Below, piece by piece: positions 1 to 8,824 of a stretch of 50,340 nt of DNA. Position numbers and translations under genes: made by a program. The notes beneath the pieces were generated by a model. The model made no database searches. It was not told where the DNA came from and saw nothing but the letters and a program-made list of their open reading frames with translations. Numbering within the stretch: the first letter of the stretch is position 1; every line of letters begins with the position of its first letter. This DNA is from an uncultured Bacteroidales bacterium (GTDB taxonomy: Bacteria > Bacteroidota > Bacteroidia > Bacteroidales > S143-33), in the NCBI GenBank assembly GCA_964637235.1, contig CAZWVR010000003.1:1-50340 (forward strand), given 5' to 3'.

Positions 1-1
1 A

Positions 2-235
2 GCTACTATGGGCGAAAAATTCGTTTCTGCCATAGATAAAGCACTTGAAAAAGATATTCCTGACAAGACTGCTGAAAATATTTATCAAAAAACAAAGCAA
101 TATACAGAGCAAAAGATGGAAGCCTTAATAAAAGAGGTTGAGGAGATAAAAGAGGAATTAAAAACTCATCCTAAGGTAGAAAAATTAGTACATAAACTTG
201 ATAGTTTAGAGAGTAAACTTAAAGAAATTAGGTAA
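2..235 (+). CDS. Small Lys/Glu-rich coiled-coil protein, or the C-terminal end of a longer protein (the frame is open to the window edge)
   Basis: Track ORF 8..235. The frame has no stop back to position 2. The heptad-like charged sequence (EEIKEELK..LESKLKEIR) matches no family I recognise. Confidence 0.4.
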   Translation, partial: ATMGEKFVSAIDKALEKDIPDKTAENIYQKTKQYTEQKMEALIKEVEEIKEELKTHPKVEKLVHKLDSLESKLKEIR

Positions 236-258
236 GTAATTTTTACTTTTGTAGCCAG

Positions 259-341
259 TACCCGGGGCCGGAGTCGAACCGGCACGGGGCAAGCCCACTG
301 GTTTTTGAGACCAGCGCGTCTACCAATTCCGCCACCCGGGC
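259..341 (-). tRNA. tRNA-Leu (anticodon CAA), 83 nt, CCA not encoded
   Basis: The reverse complement reads gcccggg-tg-gcg..cgc-g-ctggt-ctCAAaa-accag-(14-nt variable arm)-gccgg-ttcgact-ccggc-cccgggt-a. It has a 7-bp acceptor stem (G1-U72), the T-loop GGTTCGACTCC, a long variable arm (class II) and anticodon loop cuCAAaa. Confidence 0.9.
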
Positions 342-383
342 ATGCTCCGCAAAAGTATTATATTTTTTTTAAAAATGCAAATT

Positions 384-2042
384 TTATAGATTAAGTAATT
401 CTTTTGCTGCTTTTAATGAATACTCTGTAATTTTTTTGCCACTTAACATTTTGGCAATCTCTTGAATTCTTTCTTGGTGAGATAAGGTTTTAATAAAAAC
501 CTCTGTTTTTTCTGCTGTTTCTTTTTTATATACCAGAATATGTTTGTCTCCTTTTGCAGCGATTTGAGGGGAATGTGTTATTTGTATTATTTGTATATTT
601 TTTGCCATATCTTTGATTAACTCTCCTGTTTGTGCAGCTATTTTCCCAGAAATGCCAATATCTATCTCGTCAAAAATTATAGTCGGTAGATTTTTTTTAC
701 GGGAAATTATGTATTTTAGAGCTAACATAACTCTTGAAATTTCCCCTCCTGATGCTATTTTTTGCAGTGGTTGTGCCGCAAAATTTTTATTTGCACTAAA
801 TAAAAATTGTATTTTGTCTTTACCATTTTCAGTAAAATTTTCGCTTTTTTCTAATTTAACTAAGAATGTAGCATTTTCTATGCCTAATTTATTGAGAATT
901 TTTATTATAAGATTTTGAAAATCAGTGGATTTATTTTTACGATTTTTATGTAATTTTTCTGCCAAATCTTCTAATTTTTCAATTGTATTTCGTAATTGTT
1001 CTCGTTTTTGTTCTATTTGTGTTTCAAAAGATGAAATTTCCGAAAGTTTCTCTTGGAGCTCGTCTTTTATTTTCAGGAGTTCTGATATTGAGTTGACATT
1101 AAATTTATATTCAAGTTCGTAAATTGTATTGAGCCTGTTATTTATAAAATCTAATCGTTGAGGGTCGTATTCCATATCAGCATTTTGTATTTGAGCTTCG
1201 TTGCCAATTTCTCGTAGTTCAATAATTGCACTTTGTAAGCGGGAGGCAAAGTCTTTGGCTTGTGGATAATATTCGCTGATGTTCTCAGCATAAGATAATG
1301 CTTTGGAGAGTTGTTCATTTATTCCTGTTTCATCGTTATTTATTGCTTCTGCGATATATTGTAGTGCTTCTTTTATTTCCATTATGTGGCTTAATTGTTT
1401 CTGTTCAGCTTCTAATTTCTCTTGTTCTTGCGGGTCATTTAATTGTGCTTTTTCTAATTGTTCAAATTGGAATTGATAATAATCCATTTGTTTTTTTGCC
1501 TCAGCATTTTTTTGTTCTAATTTATCTATTTCGTTCAGTAGTGTTTTATATATATGGAAAACTTCTTGATATCGTTTTAGTAAATCCATATTGTCAGAAA
1601 AAGCATCTATTGCCTGCATCTGAAAATTTTGGTCTTTAAGTAGAATGTTATCGTATTGAGAATGAATGTCAATTAGTTTGTCTGTCAGGATTTTGAGAGT
1701 TGTAAGATTTACAGGAGTATCATTGATAAATGCACGACTGCGTCCGGAAGGAGTTATCTCTCTACGGATTATTGTTTCCTCAAAAAAATCAATATCTTGT
1801 TGAGAAAAAAATTCTTTAAGGTCATATTTTTTTATGTCAAAAATAGCCTCTACAATAACTTTTTGATTTTTATCCCTCATTGCAGAAGTTTCAAATCTTT
1901 GCCCTCGTATAAGATTTAATGAACCTATTATTAGTGATTTCCCGGAACCTGTTTCTCCGGTTATAGTAGTTAAATGTTCTGAAAAGTTTATTTCTAAATC
2001 TTTGATTATTGCTAAGTTTTTGACTTTTAGACTTTTAAGCAT
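384..2042 (-). CDS. recN: DNA repair protein RecN
   Basis: Walker A GETGSGKS near the N-terminus, a long coiled-coil middle, and a C-terminal SMC signature region (ASGGEISRVMLALK, IFDEIDIGISG). I chose the ATG at 2042 (MLKSLKVKNLAIIKD), which gives about 552 aa; the track start at 2093 adds 17 unconserved residues. Confidence 0.93.
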   Translation of the reverse strand: MLKSLKVKNLAIIKDLEINFSEHLTTITGETGSGKSLIIGSLNLIRGQRFETSAMRDKNQKVIVEAIFDIKKYDLKEFFSQQDIDFFEETIIRREITPSGRSRAFINDTPVNLTTLKILTDKLIDIHSQYDNILLKDQNFQMQAIDAFSDNMDLLKRYQEVFHIYKTLLNEIDKLEQKNAEAKKQMDYYQFQFEQLEKAQLNDPQEQEKLEAEQKQLSHIMEIKEALQYIAEAINNDETGINEQLSKALSYAENISEYYPQAKDFASRLQSAIIELREIGNEAQIQNADMEYDPQRLDFINNRLNTIYELEYKFNVNSISELLKIKDELQEKLSEISSFETQIEQKREQLRNTIEKLEDLAEKLHKNRKNKSTDFQNLIIKILNKLGIENATFLVKLEKSENFTENGKDKIQFLFSANKNFAAQPLQKIASGGEISRVMLALKYIISRKKNLPTIIFDEIDIGISGKIAAQTGELIKDMAKNIQIIQITHSPQIAAKGDKHILVYKKETAEKTEVFIKTLSHQERIQEIAKMLSGKKITEYSLKAAKELLNL

Positions 2043-2146
2043 ATTTTGCACATTTATTAAATCTGTCAAAAATAATAATTTAATTTTTATCATAAACAGA
2101 AACTTTTTTAACTTTGCGCAGATTTTTAAAACCTAAAAGTGAGTTT

Positions 2147-3613
2147 ATGGAAATAACAAAAAATCCGACGTCAGACTTAGAAGGAAAATTATTGATAAAA
2201 ATAACTGAAAAAGATTATGCGGATAAAGTTGATGAAGAACTCCGCAAATTGAGAAAAAAGGTCGTTTTAAAGGGCTTCCGACCTGGACAGGTTCCTTTAA
2301 CAGTTGTTAAAAAATTGTATGGTAAACAGGTTATTGCTGAACAAGTGGATAAGCTCCTTAATGAGGAATTGGATAAATATGTGAAAGAAAATATGAACTT
2401 GGCTTCAATATTATTGCCTGTTAATGAGGAAATTGATTTTGATGTTTCAAAAAAGGATTTTCTTTTTGTCTATGAATACGGAGAATATCCCAATCTGGAA
2501 ATTTCATTGGATGACATTGAATTTGATTATTATAAAATTAAGATTACCGACGAAATGATAGACAAAGAGATTGAAGCTCTGCGTAATAAATATGGCGAAC
2601 TTATAGAAGTTGAGGAAGCTACTGAAAATAGTTTGCTTCGTGTTAAAGCTAAGGAACTCATTGATAATGAAGATAATAAAAAACCTATTGAAGTAGAAAG
2701 TCTTTTAGCTGTTAAATTTCTATCCGAGCAAGGTAAAAACACTTTTATAGGTAAGAAAAAAGGAGATAAATTTATTGTGAACTTGAAAGAAGCTTTTGCT
2801 AATGAATTGGATCTGAAAAGCTTTCTGAATTTAAAAGAACAAAATTTAGATGAAATTTCCGATAAATTTGAGATAGAAATATTGAAAATAGAAGATTTTA
2901 AACCTGCTGAATTAAATCAAGAGTTTTATGATAAAGCCTTTGGCAAAGATACTGTTCATAATGACGACGAAATGCGTGAGCAGATTCGTAAAAATTTAGA
3001 GCAAAAAAATCAATATCTTGAAAAAGTATTATTTGTAAGTCTTGCTAGAAAAAAGCTTTTGGAAAAATATAATTTTGATTTGCCAGAAAATTATTTAAGA
3101 AAAGTTATCGGAGAAAAAACTTCTTGGGAAGATATTGACAAATATTACAGATGGAAATACATTTTAGATAAATTAGCTGATTTGGTAGAATACAAATTTG
3201 ATATGAACGATTTATACGAAGATGTTTTTGATGAATATTCAGCTATTTTTGAGAAATATGGTATAAATACAGATATTGACAAAGAGGCTAAGGCACAAAT
3301 GATAAGCGGTATCATTAAAAATATGGACGAAAATCAATTGGCAGAAAAAGTCCAATTAACTAAGGAACTTAGAATTTTTAATAAATTGCTTGATACTAAA
3401 AAAATCAAAGTAAATGTTATTGAAAAAGAAAAGGAGGAAATAGATAAAATTGTCTCAGAATTGAATAAAGACGCAACTGCTAAGAAAGAGGAAAATAATT
3501 CAGAAACAGATACCCAAGAAAGCAAGCAAGAAAATGAAAATAATCAGAGTTCTGAAAATTCTGAACAGACTAACTCTGCAGAGGAAAATCAAGAAAACTC
3601 AAATAAACAATAA
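2147..3613 (+). CDS. tig: Trigger factor with an acidic/polar low-complexity C-terminal tail
   Basis: The N-terminal ribosome-binding motif region is GFRPGQVPLTVVKK (the GFRxGxxP signature). The gene sits immediately upstream of clpP-clpX, the classic tig-clpP-clpX order. I chose the ATG at 2147 (MEITKNPT); the track start at 2114 is a TTG. Confidence 0.9.
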   Translation: MEITKNPTSDLEGKLLIKITEKDYADKVDEELRKLRKKVVLKGFRPGQVPLTVVKKLYGKQVIAEQVDKLLNEELDKYVKENMNLASILLPVNEEIDFDVSKKDFLFVYEYGEYPNLEISLDDIEFDYYKIKITDEMIDKEIEALRNKYGELIEVEEATENSLLRVKAKELIDNEDNKKPIEVESLLAVKFLSEQGKNTFIGKKKGDKFIVNLKEAFANELDLKSFLNLKEQNLDEISDKFEIEILKIEDFKPAELNQEFYDKAFGKDTVHNDDEMREQIRKNLEQKNQYLEKVLFVSLARKKLLEKYNFDLPENYLRKVIGEKTSWEDIDKYYRWKYILDKLADLVEYKFDMNDLYEDVFDEYSAIFEKYGINTDIDKEAKAQMISGIIKNMDENQLAEKVQLTKELRIFNKLLDTKKIKVNVIEKEKEEIDKIVSELNKDATAKKEENNSETDTQESKQENENNQSSENSEQTNSAEENQENSNKQ

Positions 3614-3707
3614 TTAGACTCTTTTTTGGCTGAAATTATATAATTTGGTCTTTGAGTAGATTATCAATTCAGTAATTTTTTAAGTGGAAATAAAAAAATG
3701 AAATAAT

Positions 3708-4391
3708 ATGTTGTTGTTAACAAAAAATGAATTCAGGAATTTTGCTATAAAACACCGCAATATAAGCGGTTTAGCGTACGATCAATATACTCGTACCATT
3801 ACAAATATGACCCGTGCAGTTATTGAGGAAAGAGAAATGCCTTTTCGTGAGGTAGATGTCTTTTCACGTTTAATGTTGGACAGAATTATTTTTATAGGTA
3901 CAGTGATTGACGATGTTGTAGCTAATATTATTCAAGCTCAGCTTCTGTTTCTTGACTCTACTGACCAGAAAGATATACAAATTTACTTTAATACTCCTGG
4001 GGGATCGCTCTATGGTGGCTTTGGTATATACGATACAATGCAGTATATTAACTCCGAAATCGCATGTACTTGTACAGGTATGGCAGCATCTATGGGTGCT
4101 GTGCTTTTAGCAGCCGGTACCCCCGGTAAACGTTATGCACTGAAACATGCTAGAATTATGCTCCATCAACCATACGGATATGCACACGGACAAGCTTCTG
4201 ACATAGAAATTGATGTAGAACATCTTAAAAGTTTGCAAAAAGACCTTTACCAAATTATCTCAAAACATACCGGTCAACCCATAGAAAAAATTACTGAAGA
4301 TATAGACCGCGATTTTTGGATGAGACCAGAGGAAGCTATGGAATATGGCATCATTGATAAAATTATTGAACGTAATCCTTCAAAAGAATAA
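3708..4391 (+). CDS. clpP: ATP-dependent Clp protease proteolytic subunit (canonical copy, Bacteroidota-type N-terminal extension)
   Basis: Motifs DVFSRLMLDRIIFIG, catalytic Ser in GMAASMGA, His in IMLHQP, Asp in DIDRDFWM, and GQASDIEI after the His. Confidence 0.93.
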   Translation: MLLLTKNEFRNFAIKHRNISGLAYDQYTRTITNMTRAVIEEREMPFREVDVFSRLMLDRIIFIGTVIDDVVANIIQAQLLFLDSTDQKDIQIYFNTPGGSLYGGFGIYDTMQYINSEIACTCTGMAASMGAVLLAAGTPGKRYALKHARIMLHQPYGYAHGQASDIEIDVEHLKSLQKDLYQIISKHTGQPIEKITEDIDRDFWMRPEEAMEYGIIDKIIERNPSKE

Positions 4392-4408
4392 CCTTTAAAA
4401 GAAAAATT

Positions 4409-5005
4409 ATGGAAAACTATATAAAAAACCAAGGACAAGATTTTTTTGAAACCTTTAATTCTTTAAATTTTAAGAAAAAATTACTTGAACGTCGTAAAGT
4501 TTTGTTTTGGGGACCCGTTTATGACGAAACAGCTAAGGAAATAGTTGATCAATTACTCTATCTTGAAATGGAAGCTCCCGGTAAAGAAATAACTTTATAC
4601 ATAAATAGCCCCGGTGGTTCAGTGACTGCTGGTATGGCTATTTATGATACAATGCAAATGATTAGTTCACCAGTATCAACTGTATGTGTAGGATTGGCTG
4701 CTTCTATGGGTGCTGTGCTGCTCTCCGGAGGAGAAAAAGGTAAACGCTATGTTTTTCCTAATGCAGAAATTATGATACATCAACCTGCTATATTTCAACC
4801 TATTCAAGATGAAGCGGCTAATTTGATTATTACCGCAGAGCAAATGAAAAAAACAAAGTTGCGTTTGAGTAAAATCTTAGCAGAAAATTGTAATCAGCCT
4901 TTGGAAAAAGTTCTTAAAGATACTGATAGAGACTATTGGATGAGTGCAGAAGAAGCTGTAAATTATGGTATCGTTGATAAAATAATTGATAAAATAGAAC
5001 TTTAA
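4409..5005 (+). CDS. Second, divergent ClpP-family subunit (catalytic triad retained)
   Basis: [18 protein letters not shown], Ser in GLAASMGA, His in IMIHQP, Asp in DTDRDYWM. The N-terminus and the segment after the His differ from canonical ClpP. The gap from clpP is 17 nt and the gap to clpX is 11 nt. Confidence 0.85.
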   Translation: MENYIKNQGQDFFETFNSLNFKKKLLERRKVLFWGPVYDETAKEIVDQLLYLEMEAPGKEITLYINSPGGSVTAGMAIYDTMQMISSPVSTVCVGLAASMGAVLLSGGEKGKRYVFPNAEIMIHQPAIFQPIQDEAANLIITAEQMKKTKLRLSKILAENCNQPLEKVLKDTDRDYWMSAEEAVNYGIVDKIIDKIEL

Positions 5006-5016
5006 AGCTTTTATTT

Positions 5017-6285
5017 ATGATGCCAAAAACAGAAAATAAAGCACGACATTGCGTTATTTGCGGTCGTCCAGAGCATAAGACTAAGTTGCTTATAGAAGGT
5101 AGCTACGGATACATCTGCTCAGACTGCGTAGTCGAGATATACAATGATTTAGCTTTCCTCCGTAAACAAATTGGACGTAAAAGAATTATTAGTTATTCCA
5201 ATATACAGAGCCCAAAAGATCTGTTAAAACCCCGTGAAATAAAAAAATATTTGGATAAATTTATTATCGGACAAGAAGAAGCTAAAAAAGTTATATCTGT
5301 TGCTGTATATAACCATTATAAACGCATATTGTATAAAGATAAGCTTTTGAATAATGACGAAGATGTCGTTCTTGAAAAATCAAATATTTTATTAGTAGGT
5401 CCTACTGGAACAGGCAAAACTTTAATAGCCCGTACAATTGCTCAAATGCTTGATGTGCCTTTTGCAATAGCAGATGCTACTACCTTGACTGAAGCTGGTT
5501 ATGTTGGTGAAGACGTGGAGAATATCCTTACCAGACTTTTACAAGCTGCTAACTATGATGTAAACCGAGCTCAACGTGGTATAGTATATATTGACGAGAT
5601 TGATAAAATCTCAAGAAAATCTGAAAATCCATCTATAACAAGAGATGTATCGGGCGAAGGTGTTCAACAAGCCCTCTTGAAAATATTAGAAGGCGCTGTT
5701 GTAAATGTACCTCCACAGGGTGGTAGAAAACATCCTTATCAGGAATTTATCAAAATTGATACTACTGATATCCTTTTTATAGCCGGTGGTGCTTTTGATG
5801 GTATAGAACGAATTATTGAGAAAAGAATAAAAAGCAGTGCAATCGGTTATGATTCAGTAGCAACCCATAGACAAGTCGATAGAGACAAACTACTGCAATA
5901 TATTACTCCTCACGATGTTAGAAAATATGGTTTAATACCAGAACTCGTAGGACGTCTCCCTGTTATTGCTCATTTGAACGCTCTGGATAAAGAAGCATTG
6001 AAAAGAATTTTGTTTGAACCTCAAAATGCAATTTTACGCCAATATATTAAACTTTTTGAATTGGATGGAATTAAGCTTATCTTTGAGCAAGAGGCTATTG
6101 ATTATATCGCTCAAAAAGCTATTGATTTTAAAGTTGGGGCTCGGGGTTTACGTTCTATATGTGAATTGATAATGACAGATTTAATGTTTGATATTGATAA
6201 GTATAAAAATAAAAAACGTTTAGTTATAACTAAGTCCTTTGTTGAGGAAAAACTTAAATATAAAGATAAATTTACAGCTGCTTAA
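5017..6285 (+). CDS. clpX: ATP-dependent Clp protease ATP-binding subunit ClpX
   Basis: N-terminal zinc finger CVICG..CSDC, Walker A GPTGTGKT, Walker B VYIDEIDK, and the pore loop GYVGEDV. Confidence 0.95.
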   Translation: MMPKTENKARHCVICGRPEHKTKLLIEGSYGYICSDCVVEIYNDLAFLRKQIGRKRIISYSNIQSPKDLLKPREIKKYLDKFIIGQEEAKKVISVAVYNHYKRILYKDKLLNNDEDVVLEKSNILLVGPTGTGKTLIARTIAQMLDVPFAIADATTLTEAGYVGEDVENILTRLLQAANYDVNRAQRGIVYIDEIDKISRKSENPSITRDVSGEGVQQALLKILEGAVVNVPPQGGRKHPYQEFIKIDTTDILFIAGGAFDGIERIIEKRIKSSAIGYDSVATHRQVDRDKLLQYITPHDVRKYGLIPELVGRLPVIAHLNALDKEALKRILFEPQNAILRQYIKLFELDGIKLIFEQEAIDYIAQKAIDFKVGARGLRSICELIMTDLMFDIDKYKNKKRLVITKSFVEEKLKYKDKFTAA

Positions 6286-6302
6286 ATAAAAAATCACATA
6301 AA

Positions 6303-7157
6303 ATGGCAGATATAAAATATTTAACGAAAGTTGCCACACAGGTCAGACGCGATATAATTCGTATGATAAACTTGGCAAAATCTGGACATCCGGGTGGAGC
6401 ATTGAGTGCAGCGGATTTTTTAGTTGCATTGTATTTTGAGATTATGAAGCATTCCCCGGAAAATTGGGATATGGAAGGTAAAGGGCAAGACGTTTTTTTC
6501 CTTTCTAATGGACATATTTCTGCTGCTTGGTATAGTGTATTGGCGCGTTCGGGGTATTTCCCCATAAAAGAACTTGCAACTTTCAGACGTATAAATTCCC
6601 GTTTACAAGGACATCCTGCTACTGCTGAAGGATTGCCGGGAGTAAGGGTAGCTTCCGGTTCCTTAGGACAAGGGCTTTCTGTAGCTATTGGTATGGCGCT
6701 TGCTAAAAAATTAAATAATGATAATACTTTGGTTTTCAGTTTACACGGAGATGGTGAATTGCAAGAAGGGCAAATTTGGGAAGCTGCTATGTTTGCCGGT
6801 GCTAAAAAACTTGATAATTTGATTGCTACTGTAGATTTTAATGATTGTCAAATAGAAGGACATGTTCATGAAGTTATGGACGTTCGTCCTTTGAAAGATA
6901 AATGGTGTTCTTTTGGATGGAAAGTTTTAGAAACCGAAGGTAATGATATGGAGAAAATACTCGCAACTTTAAATGAAGCTAAATCTTTGGCTTTCAATGG
7001 ATATCCAATTGTTATATTAATGAGGACTCAAATGGGTAAAGGAGTAGATTTTATGTTGGATCAGCCCGGATGGCATGGTAAAGCTCCTTCTGATGAGCAG
7101 GCAGAAAAAGCTCTTTCCCAATTAGAGGAAACCTTAGGTGATTTTCCTATTGAGTAA
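6303..7157 (+). CDS. Transketolase, N-terminal (thiamine-diphosphate-binding) subunit of a split enzyme
   Basis: GHPGGALSAAD, the GDGELQEGQIWEA TPP-binding motif, and GWHGKAP. At 284 aa it covers only the N-terminal third of a full-length transketolase. Confidence 0.9.
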   Translation: MADIKYLTKVATQVRRDIIRMINLAKSGHPGGALSAADFLVALYFEIMKHSPENWDMEGKGQDVFFLSNGHISAAWYSVLARSGYFPIKELATFRRINSRLQGHPATAEGLPGVRVASGSLGQGLSVAIGMALAKKLNNDNTLVFSLHGDGELQEGQIWEAAMFAGAKKLDNLIATVDFNDCQIEGHVHEVMDVRPLKDKWCSFGWKVLETEGNDMEKILATLNEAKSLAFNGYPIVILMRTQMGKGVDFMLDQPGWHGKAPSDEQAEKALSQLEETLGDFPIE

Positions 7158-7183
7158 TAGATAAAGCTTTTTAATAGTAAAGG

Positions 7184-7292
7184 GGGCTGTCTGACCAGTA
7201 AAAAATAAATTTTGTAAATTTTTAGAGAATAGTCGCGTTTGTTCTTTCTTTTTTCTTTTGAGTACAAATAGAGTCTTTAATAGACAGCCCGC
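7184..7292. repeat. Long-range inverted repeat (gggctgtct / agacagccc) between convergent gene ends
   Basis: The 9-bp perfect arms lie at 7184-7192 and 7282-7290, and extend to 11 positions with one mismatch. The spacer is 89 nt and AT-rich, and tttt follows the right arm. Confidence 0.7.
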
Positions 7293-7294
7293 TT

Positions 7295-8824
7295 TTAATT
7301 ATTGGACTTTTTGACTATAATTCTTTTATAAAAACGTTCTTCGGGAGAATTATCAGGCATTGTAAATTTATCTGTAAAGTAGAGTTTCCCATCAATATAT
7401 ACATTAAAGCGGTAAGTAAATCCTGAGTAAGTATAAAATTTAATTTGTCCTTGCGAGGGTTTTATAAATTGTTTTTTAGCTAAGTCCATATTTATTAGTT
7501 CAATTTTTGCTTTATTATAAATATGTCCAGAGCTGTCTAATATAGTAGCAATATTTAAGGTTTTTTGTTTTTTGCATATTTTGTTTAAATTTATTAAAAA
7601 TATATCTCCAAATCCTTTGCTATCGTATTTATATGAACAGTAAAAAGCTTTATGAGTTTTAGGTATTGGATAAAAGAATATATCATTATCTATTGAATTT
7701 ACAGGAAAATCCAAGTTTTTTGGAGTTGTCCATTTATTATTTTTGTATTGGCATTTATATATGTCATAGCCGCCGTATCCTCCTGGTTTATCTGATGAAA
7801 AAAATAGAGTTTGTTTATTAGAGATATATTCTGGGCTCTCTTCATTATATTTAGTGTTTATAGGCAGGTTTATTGGTTTTGACCATTTACCATCTGGTTT
7901 TTTATATGACATCCAGATATCTAAGCCACCCTTGCCTCCGGGACGATTGCTTGAAAAAAATATTGTATCCATATTAGGTGTAAAACATGCATGTGTTTCT
8001 CTATGTCGTGTATTTATTGGATAGGGTAGTGGTAAAGGTTCTGACCATTGTCCATTTTTATATTCTGTAATGTAAATGTCGCCTTTATTTATTCCTTTAT
8101 AGATTAGAAGTTTACTACCGCTGTCGCAAAAACCAATAGTTGCTTCATTTTCAGGTGTGTTTAATATATTTACATATTCTGGATTTGACCATTTGCCGTT
8201 ATTTAAATGGCTTATAAAAATATTTTCGTCATATTGACCATCATCTAATAATGTGGAATTTGGAGTTTTCCTACGAGAAGTAAATGCCAGAATGTTATAC
8301 TTTTCTGAAAATACTGGTGAATGTTCTGTATATGGCGAGTTTATAATCTCTCCGAGATTTTCAACACTAAAATATTTATCCAACGAATATTGTGCTAGTT
8401 TTATTTCTCTTTTTATTATTTTACGATTTTTTGGTACGGTAATTTTTTTGAGTAGGTTTTCTAAGATAATTATAGCACTATCTATTTGTCCATTAAGTCT
8501 ATATGCTCTGGCTAAATAGAATTTTATTTCATTTACTTGCAGGTTAGGATTATCCTTTTTTTTAAGAAGTTGTAAGCTATTTTTAAGATATATTATTGCG
8601 CTGTCTTGTTTACCAAAAGTATTTAGATAAGCAAAGCCCAGTTTATAATGATACACAGGATTTTTTGGGTCAAAAAGTATCATTTGTTTATACAGAGCTA
8701 TTGCACCATTGAAGTCTTCGCTAAAAGCTGGTTCAGGTAGAACATTAAATTGTTCTTTTACTTGTGGTTGTCCAAATAAGTTAATTTGGATTAGCATTAG
8801 AAGAATTAGGGATATACGTTTCAT
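7295..8824 (-). CDS. Secreted TPR plus TolB-like PD40 beta-propeller repeat protein
   Basis: Signal peptide MKRISLILLMLIQINLFGQ and N-terminal TPR-like helices. PD40-type motifs recur (FTSRRK.., FFSSNRPGGKGGLDIWMS..GKWSKPINL, FFSSDKPGGYGGYDIYKC..NKWTTPKNL). I see no OmpA-like C-terminal domain. Confidence 0.8.
   Translation of the reverse strand: MKRISLILLMLIQINLFGQPQVKEQFNVLPEPAFSEDFNGAIALYKQMILFDPKNPVYHYKLGFAYLNTFGKQDSAIIYLKNSLQLLKKKDNPNLQVNEIKFYLARAYRLNGQIDSAIIILENLLKKITVPKNRKIIKREIKLAQYSLDKYFSVENLGEIINSPYTEHSPVFSEKYNILAFTSRRKTPNSTLLDDGQYDENIFISHLNNGKWSNPEYVNILNTPENEATIGFCDSGSKLLIYKGINKGDIYITEYKNGQWSEPLPLPYPINTRHRETHACFTPNMDTIFFSSNRPGGKGGLDIWMSYKKPDGKWSKPINLPINTKYNEESPEYISNKQTLFFSSDKPGGYGGYDIYKCQYKNNKWTTPKNLDFPVNSIDNDIFFYPIPKTHKAFYCSYKYDSKGFGDIFLINLNKICKKQKTLNIATILDSSGHIYNKAKIELINMDLAKKQFIKPSQGQIKFYTYSGFTYRFNVYIDGKLYFTDKFTMPDNSPEERFYKRIIVKKSNN

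Noticed and set aside
241-383. tRNA-Leu as a possible integration hotspot or genomic-island boundary.
   Set aside because: No integrase, recombinase or phage-like gene lies on either side. I noticed no duplicated copy of the tRNA 3' end, although I did not scan the whole window for one. The flanking genes are recN and a small coiled-coil ORF.
613-1639. Three plus-strand ORFs (613..918, 925..1122, 1298..1639) inside recN. The same applies to similar antisense ORFs throughout the track, for example 2530..2742, 8253..8519, 9265..9639, 11509..11807, 18057..18509, 19038..19349, 27091..27450, 29275..30249, 39749..40054 and 41395..41814.
   Set aside because: They lie antisense to, or out of frame with, genes that have unambiguous conserved motifs. 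Their translations are Phe/Ile/Ser/Leu-rich low-complexity strings, as expected from the reverse strand of AT-rich coding DNA.
8781-8824. A 44-nt overlap between the ribD 3' end and the start of the TPR/PD40 gene (a possible frameshift or mis-assembly).
   Set aside because: Both frames look intact. The ribD core ends before the overlap, with an unconserved tail, and the PD40 gene starts with a good signal peptide at its ATG. The overlap more likely reflects a drifting ribD stop codon.
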